From positions 31,186,001 to 31,250,000 of the forward strand of contig NC_045138.2 of the NCBI RefSeq assembly GCF_008831285.2: DNA of 64,000 bases, read 5' to 3'. Source of the DNA: Nymphaea colorata. Its lineage: Eukaryota. The translations under genes were made by a program, and so were the position numbers. The notes below the pieces were generated by a model. The model searched no databases. It saw nothing but the letters and a program-made list of their open reading frames with translations, and was not told where the DNA came from. This document shows positions 26,323 through 38,503 of this stretch, in pieces (within the stretch, counting starts at the first letter, position 1; each line of letters opens with the position of its first letter).

Positions 26323-28433
26323 CTCTAATCATTTGGTGTGCCAGTAGGCTGTATGTGTGAAGACGCCATATATATATATAAAGAAAAGAAAGGGATTGAT
26401 AGATTCTAAATCAAGCTACAGATGAACCCTTTAACTTTCTTCAAAATACAAACATTTTAAATATTTATGAAACTAAATTAATAGGGAACATGCATTCATT
26501 TATGTTATTTTATTAAAAATATTAATTTTTTATTATTAAAATCAAAATTCTGACGTTATATTCACTGTTGTTAAGTACTTTGGTTTCCTCATTATTATTA
26601 TTATTATTTTGGAGGGTGGTTGGGGGTTGAGGAGGTCGGTTTGGTTGAAAGGACAGTGACCGATGGTTATATGTAGCCTGGGATTGGTAGTCCCAGCTGT
26701 CACATGAACATTTTGGAAGAAAAAAAATTTCTCTTTTTCTATTGTTTGCGTGCGATTACCACAACATGCAAGGGATGTGTGGAAAATTAACCATGATATA
26801 ATTGACATATGCAAAGAAATGAAATTCTGATTTCCACCAAATATCCCAAGATTGAAGTTAGGTGGGAATATGGGTAAAACAAGTTCTGGACAAACTGTGT
26901 ATGGCTAGTAGAGGCCATGGTTCCTGCAACGTAAATTTATGTTAAATAAAATAATACATTTTATTTTGGCTACCGTGACTATTGACTATTTACATATAAT
27001 TCCATTTAATTAACTATGTCCCTATCAATATGCATTTTTGGTTAGCTATTCATATATGTATTCTCTAAGTGATTTAGTTCGAAGGTACTTATTGATTAAT
27101 TAAATTGGTTAGGTGAAAGGAAAGTTGTAATGAAAAACGTGCTGAGAGATAGGCTCCCTACCTTATTTCAAAAACTTAATATTTGCATAAAAAAGAAATC
27201 ATCAGCACATGGCTCTTATCATAACATCAGATCAGAATTTTTTTTAAAAAAAAAGCAACTGTAAACACAGCAGCCCAAGAAACTTAAATCCCAAAAACAG
27301 AATAATTGAGCACAAGAAAGGATTCATAAACTTCAAAATCGATCTTCAAGGGGATTGAATCCATACATGAATATTATGTAAGGCCAAGAATATTGCACAT
27401 CGATAAGATTTGGCATCAAAACCTGTTGATGAGGAGGATTTAATTATCATTTATGCTTGCTGATCTGCATGGTGCCCAGTATGGGTCCTTATGAACTGCA
27501 TTAACTGCCCATATTGAAACGATTATAGTCTTGAAGATTTGCATGCTTGATTCATGAAGCACGAATTCAAGAAACAGATACGAATGTTAATCAAGTTTCC
27601 AACTCCAATGGCAAACTTAACTTTCGAACTGCAGCAGTTTGGTCAGAGGAATCAATTCAATAATTACAGAAAGAGAACTATCAACAACCGTAGAAGCTGG
27701 AGCGTCAGCACTCTGAACACCTCTTCGTATGACTCAACTATTCGTTTGGCTTGTGCAAATTGTGGTCAAATGTCGAGCATGTACGCAACAGAGGCTCTCA
27801 AATGCAAAACTTATCGCTTTCAAAAAGAGGGGACACAAACCGAACGTGTGGTTGTCGAACTTCGGTAATGTTTCGCCGCAGAAATTGTTATAACAACGCG
27901 AGGATGGTCGGTCACACGCCGAAAGGCTGTCAATTTTTAGCGACGACCACAGCTGAACGCCGTGATTTTCACTTCATTGACGCGACAATAATAATGTGTT
28001 GGTAAAACTGACTTTCTGTCAGTACTTTTAGAAAAACGCATTTTTTCAAAAACAAAAAAAGCAAAAATATTTAATGACCGTTTAAAACTTAAAAAAACGT
28101 AATTTTTGAAAAAAAAACGTTAAAAACGAAAAAGACGTGTTTTTTTGCTTTTTTTTTTACTTTTTTTTTTCTTTCAGTTTTTTTTAACGTCAAACAGTTT
28201 TTTTCATTTTTTATTTCTTATTTATTACAAATCTACTTATCTTTTCTCACTTATTTTTTTTTTTTTTTAGTTTTTTAAGATTTTTAAAAATTTACCATAT
28301 TTTTTCATTTTTTTAAGTTCATCATATTATACCAAAAAAAACCCTCACAGTTTAAAACTTCGAAACATTATTTGTGATTATGAACTTTTTATCCATGTCC
28401 TTTAATAATAAAAATTGGTAAAAATCAATTATT

Positions 28434-28516
28434 AGCGATGTTTGAGTTTTGGTAAAAGTATAAATTCACGTTTGTCTCTCAATGTCAATGAATGTTGTCT
28501 TTTATGGGCCAGTGAA

Positions 28517-28555
<39 letters not shown>

Positions 28556-28615
28556 TGTTACATCCCTAATGCGACAAACGTGAATTTATTCTTTTACCAA
28601 AACTCAAACATCGCT
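28434..28615. repeat. 43-bp near-perfect inverted repeat around a poly-T-containing spacer (MITE-like)
   Basis: 28434-28476 agcgatgtttgagttttggtaaaagtataaattcacgtttgtc is the reverse complement of 28573-28615 with one mismatch. Confidence 0.85.
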
Positions 28616-29301
28616 CAAACATCAGTGAGCTTCATTCTATCAAGAGTGAGTTGGTGCACCCAACACATATATCCAACAAAGAGAAGAAACATTTTTGAAA
28701 TTATTGAAAAAGAAATGTACCTTTGAGTCTTTTCACTTTTATTTATTTATTTTTTTTGTCTTTATGAAATTTTTTTTTATTAACCTGGCCCATTTCCAAC
28801 ATTCTAGCTTACAAGATTCTCCCTTCTCCTCCAATCCCCACCTAAGCTCCCCCAAGCCCATGAGCCTGCCCTAGGCTTTGGCTTGAATCTATTTAAGGCC
28901 TGCCACTAGGTTTAAGCCCCTCATTGGGCCTGCAAGAATCCTTCCATTTCTGTAAATGAATGAATTCTATTCTCACCTCCTTGGGTATCTTCCTGCATTG
29001 TCACAAATATCGTTTTCGAGAAAATCTTATCGTGGTTTTTCTCGGGTATTTTTTTGGTGAAATTGTTCTTCATAGGTAAATTTTGGGTTAAAAAATTAAA
29101 ATAATAAGAAACCTTCAAAAATAAAAATATATTACAATCCTATGTAAAAATGACAAGATTTTCATTTTGGTGAGATTTTCAAAATCTTTTCTCAAATTTC
29201 TCATTTTATTTCATTTTTTGTAAATATCGTGAAATTTTGAAAAGCTCACGATATATGTGACACTGGACTCTTACCATCCTCATCTAAAAATTGGTTATCG
29301 A

Positions 29302-29476
29302 TAGGGATGGAGTCAGAAATTTTTCATAAGGTGGGCCGAATTAAAGTTTCTAAATTTTGACTAAGACAAAAATATCATTTTTCAAAATTTTTATATACAA
29401 GGTTTACATGTAAATTTTTTAATTTTTTTGTGAGCTGGGGCAGGCCCATGCAAGCCCTATCTTGGCTCTGTCCTTG
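29302..29476. mobile_element. hAT-type MITE (same family as 59958-60136)
   Basis: Ends tagggatggagtca / tggctctgtccttg. Core aattaaagtttc.aaattttgac...aaaatatcatttttcaaaatttttatata is shared with 59958-60136. 8-bp flanks gttatcga / gtcatcta (6/8). Confidence 0.75.
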
Positions 29477-30781
29477 GTCATCTATGGCAGGCCGAATTAA
29501 ATGAACAGTCGCATATCCCCAAAAGAGAGGAGAATGGTTCTCCACCTTCAACACTTTCTTATGGACTTAAAGTAACTATGGAGAACTTTTTAGAATTAAT
29601 CAGCAAAACCTGCCGACGATTTTTCTCGGAATAGCTTAACCCTTCAACAGGCTTACTTGACACCTGCTAAACAAGATGAATCATTTGAAAAAATAAGTGC
29701 GCCGCAACCATATCAAAATGAGGCACTTTAGGGGCCGTTTGGTAATAATACTATATTGTTACTATCCAATGAATCTGCCCGGTAAAATGAGGTAAATCTA
29801 TGAAATAGTGTATATTTCACATGCCAAGAATGTAACCATATTTTAGGGTAAATTTATAAGACAATAACAATGCATTACTGTTCTTTTAAATAAAATCCAA
29901 CATTCAATGTTAATTTTTAAGGAGCTTTCGTTTTAAAAGTTCTGAGGAAATGTTGAGGGGAAATTAGAGTTAGATCGTCCTAGAAGCCCACATATTGACT
30001 TGATTTACACTTTCTTTAACAAGAAACATTCAATGGAGAAAATAGAATCATCTCCGCCATTGAGTTTGACATATCTTTCAAAGGAGAAAAATAGAATCAT
30101 CTCGGCCATTAAAACAATCTGGCTTTTATATTTGTGAACTTAATATTCACCGTTTGATCTCCTTATAATTGATGGTTAGATAATTCACATCAAGTCTGTC
30201 ATATGAGGAACACTCTCACGTAGTTAGGTGTTTTCCTATATATATATATATATATAATAAATTTAGATTTGTAAATGTAAATGTGGATGGTTAAGAACTA
30301 GACTGCATGCCTTTAGTGACGGCATAGTAACTGTTCGTATTACTTTTAGTAACAAATTCTAGTGGACTCACTCACTCAGCAGATTTTTTATTTTTTAAGC
30401 ATCATCTAACAACATTATCCGATGTTTAGCATATAAGAATGATTCCTATATCGAATTATTGTTTCCAATCTATCATCTAAAATCCATATCCGACATAATG
30501 CATGAATTGATAAGAACCCGCACCAGCGTTCCAAGACAAATTATCAACACTTCAAATAAAATCAAACAACTGGAGAAAGCAGAATAATGCTTTTGCTTCC
30601 ATGAAGAGAAGGAAGGATCAAATGCAGAAAACTGCCACCATTTGTTGGGAACAAAGATCAACACTTAAAGAACAAAGATCGCAACATGACAACACAGTAT
30701 GCGCCTACATCCATGAGGAGAAAGAAAGACGGGGGAGAGGCCATGGGGATGGAAGAAGGCAACCATCACCCACGAACAAAA

Positions 30782-31038
30782 TCAGCAGCAGCAACAGCAA
30801 GACAGGACGTCGAAGCAGCACGAGCACGCCTCAAAGCAGAAGCAGCACCAACAAACGCTGTACAAGCTGCACCAACAAAACAAAAAGGGAAGAAATTAAA
30901 ACGTCGTCTTCTCTGACGCGCGCGCGAGAGAGGGGAGAGAGAGACGAACCAGGCGTAGAGGCAGGCCTTCTCTTCATCGGGCTGCTGCTGGACACGATCG
31001 ACGTTTGACATCTCTTGCTGCGCCGGTGGAGAACTCAT
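30782..31038 (-). CDS. CDT1: CDT1-like cysteine-rich peptide, CYSTM family, 57 aa, 2 exons (copy B, diverged paralog)
   Basis: Exons 31038-30950 and 30866-30782, with the same intron position and donor (TG|GTTCGT) as copy A. Protein [57 protein letters not shown]. TATA-like ttata at about 31151 upstream. Confidence 0.85.
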
Positions 31039-31851
31039 CCTTTCCCTCCTCTTTCTAGCTGACGGAATCGAAAGAAGAGATGAAGAAGCAGAGAGAGGGA
31101 GAAGGAGAGGTGCCAAACTGGGAAGGAGAAGGGGGAGCAGGCACGCCTCTTTATAGGTTTTGGTATACGATGGCAGAAAAGATCCCATCCTCCCATTTCC
31201 TCACCAGGAAGCCACGGGATACGAATCCAACGCTAAACTGAATTCGGATCGCTTTAAAAAGGATTTATTGCAGAAATTATCTACGTCGTTGATTTCACTA
31301 ATAGCATGGCTTGAATTCAGTATCCAGAGTAATCTTCAAGCAGCAATTAGAAACCCAACTCGATTTTTCGAAAAGAGACGAAAATCAATGCAGAGGCCAA
31401 AATTACCATGTATTTTAGACGGAAAATTGAACAAGCCTTGTCACTCTTTCTCTCTTAAACCAAGATGCCAGTAGGTGAAAGTATCCCGTGATATGTAAAG
31501 TGAATCGGAGATTTTATTTTACGGAAACATATTTAAAAGGAAACAGTGAAATGTTGATTGGAGAACCTTCACCGATAGTAGTTCTACACTCTACCGGCAT
31601 TAGATTTTTACAGTTTCCAGAGATCATGAGGGAGAGAGGGAAGCCACCCGATTCAAAGCTCGAGTTTCTTCCTTTTCCACATTTTTTTGAGACCTGAGAC
31701 TGATTTTCGTGCTTCGAGGTGATGAGAGATGAACAGGCCCGCCTATCAGTTCTTACCATGTGTATTGCACCAACCAGAGATGAGAGAGATCTCATTCATT
31801 CAACACTAGCACTTAGGTTGACAGCTTAGAACTGGGTTTAACCTGAGGGGT

Positions 31852-32073
31852 TACGATAGAAACTTCTGGTAAAATGTCCGCCCGTAATCTAGCAGATAAA
31901 GTACATTACAGCCCGTAATCTAGCAGATAAAGTACATTACATAGTCAGTTTTAGGTTACGGATTGATGACTTACCCATTCAGTGACTTTGGCACTGGACG
32001 TTCTCAAAATGGGTATTATCGTGTCGGGTGAATTAGATATGTTGGCATTCCAGGCTTCCTTCTCCTTTCAGGG
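31852..32073 (-). other. Plastid-derived nuclear insertion (NUPT) from the chloroplast inverted-repeat ycf2/ycf15-trnL(CAA) region
   Basis: The reverse complement reads ccctgaaaggagaaggaagcctggaatgccaac...aattcacccgacacgataatacccattttgagaacgtccagtgccaaagtcactgaatgggtaagtc...actatgtaatgtactttatctgctagattacgggcggacattttaccagaagtttctat. I recognise this from memory as conserved angiosperm plastid IR spacer sequence. Confidence 0.75.
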
Positions 32074-33573
32074 AACAAATCTCATTTTTCTCAAAGGGCC
32101 TGAAATAACTTATGGAGAAATGAGTGGAAATGCTTGATGCATATACTGGATCCATAATTGCCAATTGGCGACATGTAGCCAGAAAGAAAAAAATTTCTCT
32201 AAAACAAATTTTTTCTTTGTCATGTTTGGGTGAGTTTAGGTTGCCATATCATGCAAGAGATCTAGAGAAAAGAAAAACAACCACAACAGTATATATGCCA
32301 AAAAAAAAAAATGAAATCCCGATTTCTACCAAATGTGACTTGCTAACTTTTTATTAAATTTTTAATAATGAGCTGCATGTTAATAAAAAGAGAGATGTGG
32401 AAGTTAGGCTGTTTCTAGAGGCCATTCAATTGCACGTAGCCAGTTATGGAGAAAATTTTATCAACGGCACTAACCCTAGTAGGTTTGGTGTTTATGGGGC
32501 ATTGATGTGAGTCTGGGCACTACATTTGACTGGAACCAGGTCCAGCTCCCTCGTTATAAACATTTTTAAGGATTTGTGTTGCCTGGCGTGGGCAATGGCT
32601 CATACCAGCCCACACCTAGCTCCGCTACTCCAGGTAGCAAACATAGGCATGACAACCAATACCCACCGTAGTGGTTAATTTTAGTAAAGATCTTGGGATT
32701 ACCCAATACTAATGGTTTAGGCATGGATATTCATTGATCCAAAAGCAGAAGTGGATCCCATTTGCTCCGGATAGAGCCCATTTGCCCTGATGGCCGGATA
32801 TAGTCGTCAGGCTGGTACGAGATGAGGTCCTCTACCGTTGGTTTACTCTCATGGGAGCTATGATCTTGTGTCAGTAGTTGAGAGTGTCGTATTAGTTGAA
32901 ATACCTCTTGTACTCGCTCGAAATCAACCCTATCCTCATTTTCTTCTTGTGTTGCAAGACAGAGTCATTGATATGCAAGTTGAAACATAGTCTGGTCATC
33001 ACTCTGAAGCACTAAAAACAGACTTGGTATCAAAGAGATGGGGAGAAGTGTGGGGGCTTCAGCTCATCTGTTGGGTGGTATGATGAAATACTCCTCCTAC
33101 CACCCAACGACATATGTAGACATGATGGAAAGGTGAGAAGAAATGAATGTGAGATAAGAGAAGTTGCAGCTAGAGCTGCACCTATGCTGGTATTATTTGG
33201 TTAGGATCTCTTCTGCTTTCGGGTTGAACCATGATCTACTTTTTATCCAGATCTGGAACCGATGTACACAACCTTTTGCACCATTCTATTGGGGAAAAAT
33301 GCAGCATCCACGTTATTAACGGGTTTATGATCCAATAAATCCTTATGTACCATGACTGAGTCGGCCTTGTACACATGTCCCCTTCATGTCCACAAAGTTT
33401 CAAAATCAACATATATAATTTTTATCACCCGTAAAAGTGATTTATATGTATAAACCCAAGAAGGCCAGTTTAGGAAGTTGAATGTCCGTAAACCTTACAT
33501 ATAGACGAAAATTCTATGAGGATAACATGTTTTTATGGATTCTTAAGCCTTTGAGCAAGAAAATTGATCGATC

Positions 33574-35160
33574 TGTCAACACCCCAAATTTTTTCACATC
33601 GGAACTAAAGCGATATCAAAATTTTATAAAAGAATTGTGAAAAATTACAATTTCAAAGCTAATTTCGAATCTAAAAAATAATCTAGATTCAATTTAACCC
33701 GCGACACAAATCCCAATGCAGGATTATGAGTCCAAACTATTTGCAAATGTCATTTGACATCCAAATCCAATTGCAAAATTCAAATTTTGTTTTAAATCCA
33801 AGAATTGGATATGATTCGGTCTAGAATGCTATGTGGAACCCATGTGTGGGCCCCACCTAGCCCGTGTGGTCAAGAGCCCCCCAAGGGTCACGCTCCCCAT
33901 TTCAAATATATATATATATATATATTAAAGGAAGAAAAGTCATTTTCAAAGAAAAATGAATGAGAAACCTAGAAAAAGAGAGACATTTATGTCTCTCTCT
34001 CTTCTTTAACTAGGTCCTCTTTAAAGAGGAGTCAATTTCCAAAAAACAATAACTAGGCTGGTCAAACTTATCTAACCTACTTAATCCAAGTAGGTTTGAC
34101 CCGGGTGCACTCAAATGTGATGTCAATTCCAGCTAGGTTCAGTCAACTTGGGCTCAGCACAGTCAAAAGGGTAGGTCTATCCCGCGACCCAATCAGTGGA
34201 TGAAAATAGACTTTGACCCAATCGAACCTACTTTGACTAAACTCTGTCGAAGTATAATTCAGCTCAATTAAGAGTTTTCTTAATTCAAATTTATTAAATC
34301 ACCTCAAACAAAGTCAAACTACTCGCAAATGAGCTTTGACTTTGATCAATTGGTCGAAATTGACCAATCTAGACAATCATGTCCTTCTATAGTCAAATTG
34401 AGATTATAGAGCCTAAATTGGTTTATGAAAGACACATATATATTTGGATTTATAAAATATATAAATCAAATACCAAATCAAAATTCAATATTTCAAACTA
34501 AAGTTTGATTCAGTTGAAATTCATCTTTAATCAAGTTAAGGACAAAAATACCCCTTTCGAACCAAATTTGATAGAATTTTCAAATTTTATTCAAATTTAA
34601 ATTGAATTATCATAATTCAATAAAATTTGGAGCTTAGTAACTAGGTTTTAACCTAACAAGCTCGATTTCAAACAAAAAAAAAATAGCACAAAATAAGGAA
34701 AAACCATTTACAAGGGCATTTTGGTCAAATTTGAAGATTTGAAAATGATTTTTGAAATGTGATTTTACATTGTTTTCGAGACTCAATCAATCACATGTAA
34801 GTCTGAAAATTGGTAGAAGAAATCATAAATTTCTAAAAGGCTTTTAGAGAGCCGATTAGGTAGAAGTAGAACCTTTTTATTGTTCTTCAAAATATAACCA
34901 TTTTATGGCTGAAAATTGGCATCGCAAATATATAAAATTTGACATTCTTAAGCTAATTCCCATAAAGCATGGTCTAATTCCAACAACTTGCATACATTTT
35001 ACGTATGGATTGCTGAAATTAAATAAAAATGAAATGAAAATGATTTAATAGCATTGCACTATGAAAATCAACAAAATGATCCCTCTTCTTAAAAACCAGT
35101 TTGGACGTGTTCCAACCTTATTTTAAAAGAGAAAAATGATTTTTTAAGAAGAGATTGCAC

Positions 35161-35236
<76 letters not shown>

Positions 35237-37189
35237 TATTCTTCAAAATGGAATTTAATCAACGGACCGCATGACTCATGAATCTTGATGATTCATAGCT
35301 AGGTTCTTTTACGTAGGAAGATTGAAAACTTGTTTCTAATCTCCTCTACCACCCTTGATCAATTAAATTGAAAGCCATCAATTTGAACGACTTCAAATGA
35401 GAAGGAAAACAACAATACTCAAGCTAATTTATCCATAATGTTGTCATGCAAGAGTTGATCACATTCATAAGAATGTATCCATCCCTAATAGGCGTTTTCA
35501 TCACATATGTTGCAGCAAAATCACTCTCTCTCACCGTGGGATTCTCTCATGGTGAGGAGTTCAAAATGGTTTTAAGCTTCTTGTTTTGCAAGGGACGTGA
35601 CCTTGGGGCCCTTTTCAAAATTTGATACATGGGTTAGTCTTTTAGAAAAACTGACGTCTGCATTTTGCATTAACATGTACATTTGATCGTAGGTTTTCCC
35701 CAGCTGGACATCATTCCCAACTATAAAATAAATGAAAATAAATCCCTCACCCGAATTGATGAAATTAGAATGAACGAACAAGAAGCCAAAATAGATGAGA
35801 AATTGATTAAAATCACATACCTTGCGGTTGGTTTTGATACTTGATCTTCGCCTTCACTTGTTTTCCAAATCGAGCAATCCTAAGCAAGAATCCAAGCTTG
35901 GATTCGAACTTAGCAAAGATAGAAAAAGAATAGGTTGCTGGAATTTGAAGTTGAAAAGAAGAAAACTTCTCTTCACGAAAATTCTAAGTAAGGGTTCACT
36001 TAAGCACCCTCACTTAGCAAACTCGATAGGGGGAATGAAGAAAAAATGAGAGAGATGGGGAAAGAAGGCTTGGACGAATCTTCTTTCTCCTCATTGGTTT
36101 CTCCCTCCTAGCTCCTTGACTGTTACAACTTGGTGAAGTGCTTGAAATTTTAGTCCTCCCCCTTGGTGGCCAAGAAGAGGCATATATAGAGGAGGAGATG
36201 AGTTCAACAACTTCCTTAACTCACCTTGGGAACTTGCTTAAGACCTTGGGGACTTGTAAAATGAGTTAAATAGGGTTTAATGGCTCTAATTTGACCATTC
36301 TTAGCCCATTTACACGAGCTAAGTGGGCTGGGCTAGGTTTGGTCAACATTGGTTCAGACCTAGCAGACAAACTTTGACCAAAATTTTAGACGAAAATGCC
36401 CTTGCAAAGGGTTTTTCCTTATTTTGTGCTATTTTTTTTTTTGTTTGAAATCGAGCTTGTTAGGTTAAAACCTAGTTACTAAGCTCCAAATTTTATTGAA
36501 TTATGATAATTCAATTTAAATTTGAATAAAATTTGAAAATTCTATCAAATTTGGTTCGAAAGGGATATTTTCGTCCTTAACTTGATTAAAGATGAATTTC
36601 AACTGAATTAAACTTTAGTTTGAAATATTGAATTTTGATTTGGTATTTGATTTATATATTTTATAAATCCAAATATATATGTGTCTTTCATAAACCAATT
36701 TAGGCTCTGTAATCTCAATTTGACCATAGAAGGGCAAGGGCAAGATTGTCTAGATTGGTCAATTTCGACCAATTGACCAAAGTCAATGCTCATTTGCGAG
36801 TAGTTTGACTTTGTTTGAGGTGATTTGTTAAATTTGAACTAAGAAAGCTCTTAATTGAGCTGAATTATACTTCAACATAGTCTAGTCAAAGTGGGTTCGA
36901 TTCGGTCAAAGTTTATTTTCGTCCACTGATTGGGTCGCGGGATAGACCTACCTTTTGACTGTGTTGAGTCCAAGTTGACCGAACCTAGCTGGAATTGGCA
37001 CCACATTTGGGTGCACCCGGGTCAAACCTACTTGGATTGAGTAGGTTAAGTGAGTTTGACTAGTCTAGTTATTGATTTTTGGAAATTAACTTCTCTTTAA
37101 AGATGACCTAGTTAAAGAAGAGAGAGACATAAATGTCTTTCTTTTTCTAAGTTTCTCATTCATTTATCTTTGAAAATGACTTTTCTTCC

Positions 37190-37287
<98 letters not shown>

Positions 37288-37672
37288 AAATTTGGGGGGG
37301 GGGTATGTGACACCTGGGGGGCTCTTGACCACACGGGCTAGGTGGGGCCAACTCGTGGCTCCCACACCGAATTAAATCCAATTCTTGGATTTGAATCAAA
37401 ATTTGAATTTTGCAATTGGATTTGGATTTCAAATGATATTTGCAACTGGATTTGGATGTCAAATGACATTTGCAATTGGATTTGAATGTGAAATGATATT
37501 TGCAAATAGTTTGGACTCGTAATCCTGCATTGGGATTTATGTCACGGGTTAAATTGAATCTAAATTGTTCTTTAGATTCGAAATTAGCTTTGAAATTGTA
37601 ATTTTTCACAATTCTTTTGTAAAATTTTGATTTCGCTTTAGTTCCGATGTGGAAAATTTTAAGGTGTTAACA
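33574..37672. mobile_element. 4.1-kb non-coding element with 1.2-1.3-kb terminal inverted repeats, TG...CA termini and a 5-bp target-site duplication
   Basis: Left arm 33574-34733 is the reverse complement of right arm 36368-37672 (about 90% identity by eye, mostly transitions). Termini tgtcaacacc / ggtgttaaca. Flanks cgatc (33569-33573) and caatc (37673-37677). No coding ORF inside. Confidence 0.85.
35162..35233. repeat. (TA)n microsatellite
   Basis: Long uninterrupted TA run. Other SSRs: (AG)n about 3687-3717, (TG)n(AG)n about 13495-13540, (TA)n about 26291-26320 and 37195-37285, (CT)n about 41050-41084, (CT)n(AT)n about 51044-51104, (AT)n about 55926-55962. Confidence 0.95.
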
Positions 37673-38389
37673 CAATCGCATGCATAAACATGGCTAGTTC
37701 TAGTTTAAAAACGAGAAGTTCAAATGAATATTTGAAATTTTCTGAAACTTGACTATTGCATTATTGCCTCAAGCAAATGAGAGTGCAAGAATGATCCACT
37801 CATCATGGTTCATTAATTCCCTATAAAATAACATTTAAAATTGTATTTTTTCAACAAAATATATGTTTTCATTATTAACAAAGTTACGTTTTTTATATTT
37901 ATGAGAGGTTCATCATACTTTGGTTTTGAATTTGAGTGATTAGTTTAGAGGCTACCTTAACTACTGATCATCTGAAATGAGGGATAGGGCCGTCACAAAT
38001 CCATCCTATGGGATCTGATTTGAATGAAGCTGTGATGGCAACTACCTTTTCATACATGATCTACATACATGTAAGATTTTTGGTTACTATGCAAAATAAC
38101 ACATAGTTAATGCTTGGCGTTGTAAAAAGCTGAATTTTAGTGTGAGAAAAAACACAATCCAAAGGTACGATCTATTTAGTTTTATAACTCACGAGCACTA
38201 TCGATTTTTTGGTGTACAATAGTATTTTTGTGATGCAAGAAAAGTTTACAAATTTCCAACAGTTAACCATAAGGAGATCCTGTCAACAAATCAAAACAAC
38301 TGACTGAAAACTCATAGTCCAAACACTATTGTCTGTATGAATCACAAACTAGACGAAAGATAATTGAAGAATATGCAAGGGGCAACTTT

Positions 38390-38503
38390 GATCTAGTGCA
38401 AAATATTCTGGCAAAGTGTTCCTTTGTCCTTGTGTTCTATAATCAAGATCTAGTGCAAAATATTCTGACAAAGCGCTCCTTCGTCCTTGTGTTCGATAAT
38501 CAA
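38390..38503. repeat. 57-bp tandem duplication (2 copies)
   Basis: gatctagtgcaaaatattctg(g/a)caaag...gtccttgtgttc(t/g)ataatcaa occurs at 38390-38446 and 38447-38503. Confidence 0.9.

Noticed and set aside
33026..33036. tggtatcaaag, similar to a tRNA-Met primer-binding site
   Set aside because: No LTR end immediately upstream and no recognisable gag downstream. It also lies ~540 bp outside the inverted-repeat element.
37156..37609. ORFs with IYIYIY runs (69 aa and 149 aa)
   Set aside because: They are translations of a (TA)n microsatellite and 30-bp repeats within the inverted-repeat arm, not proteins.
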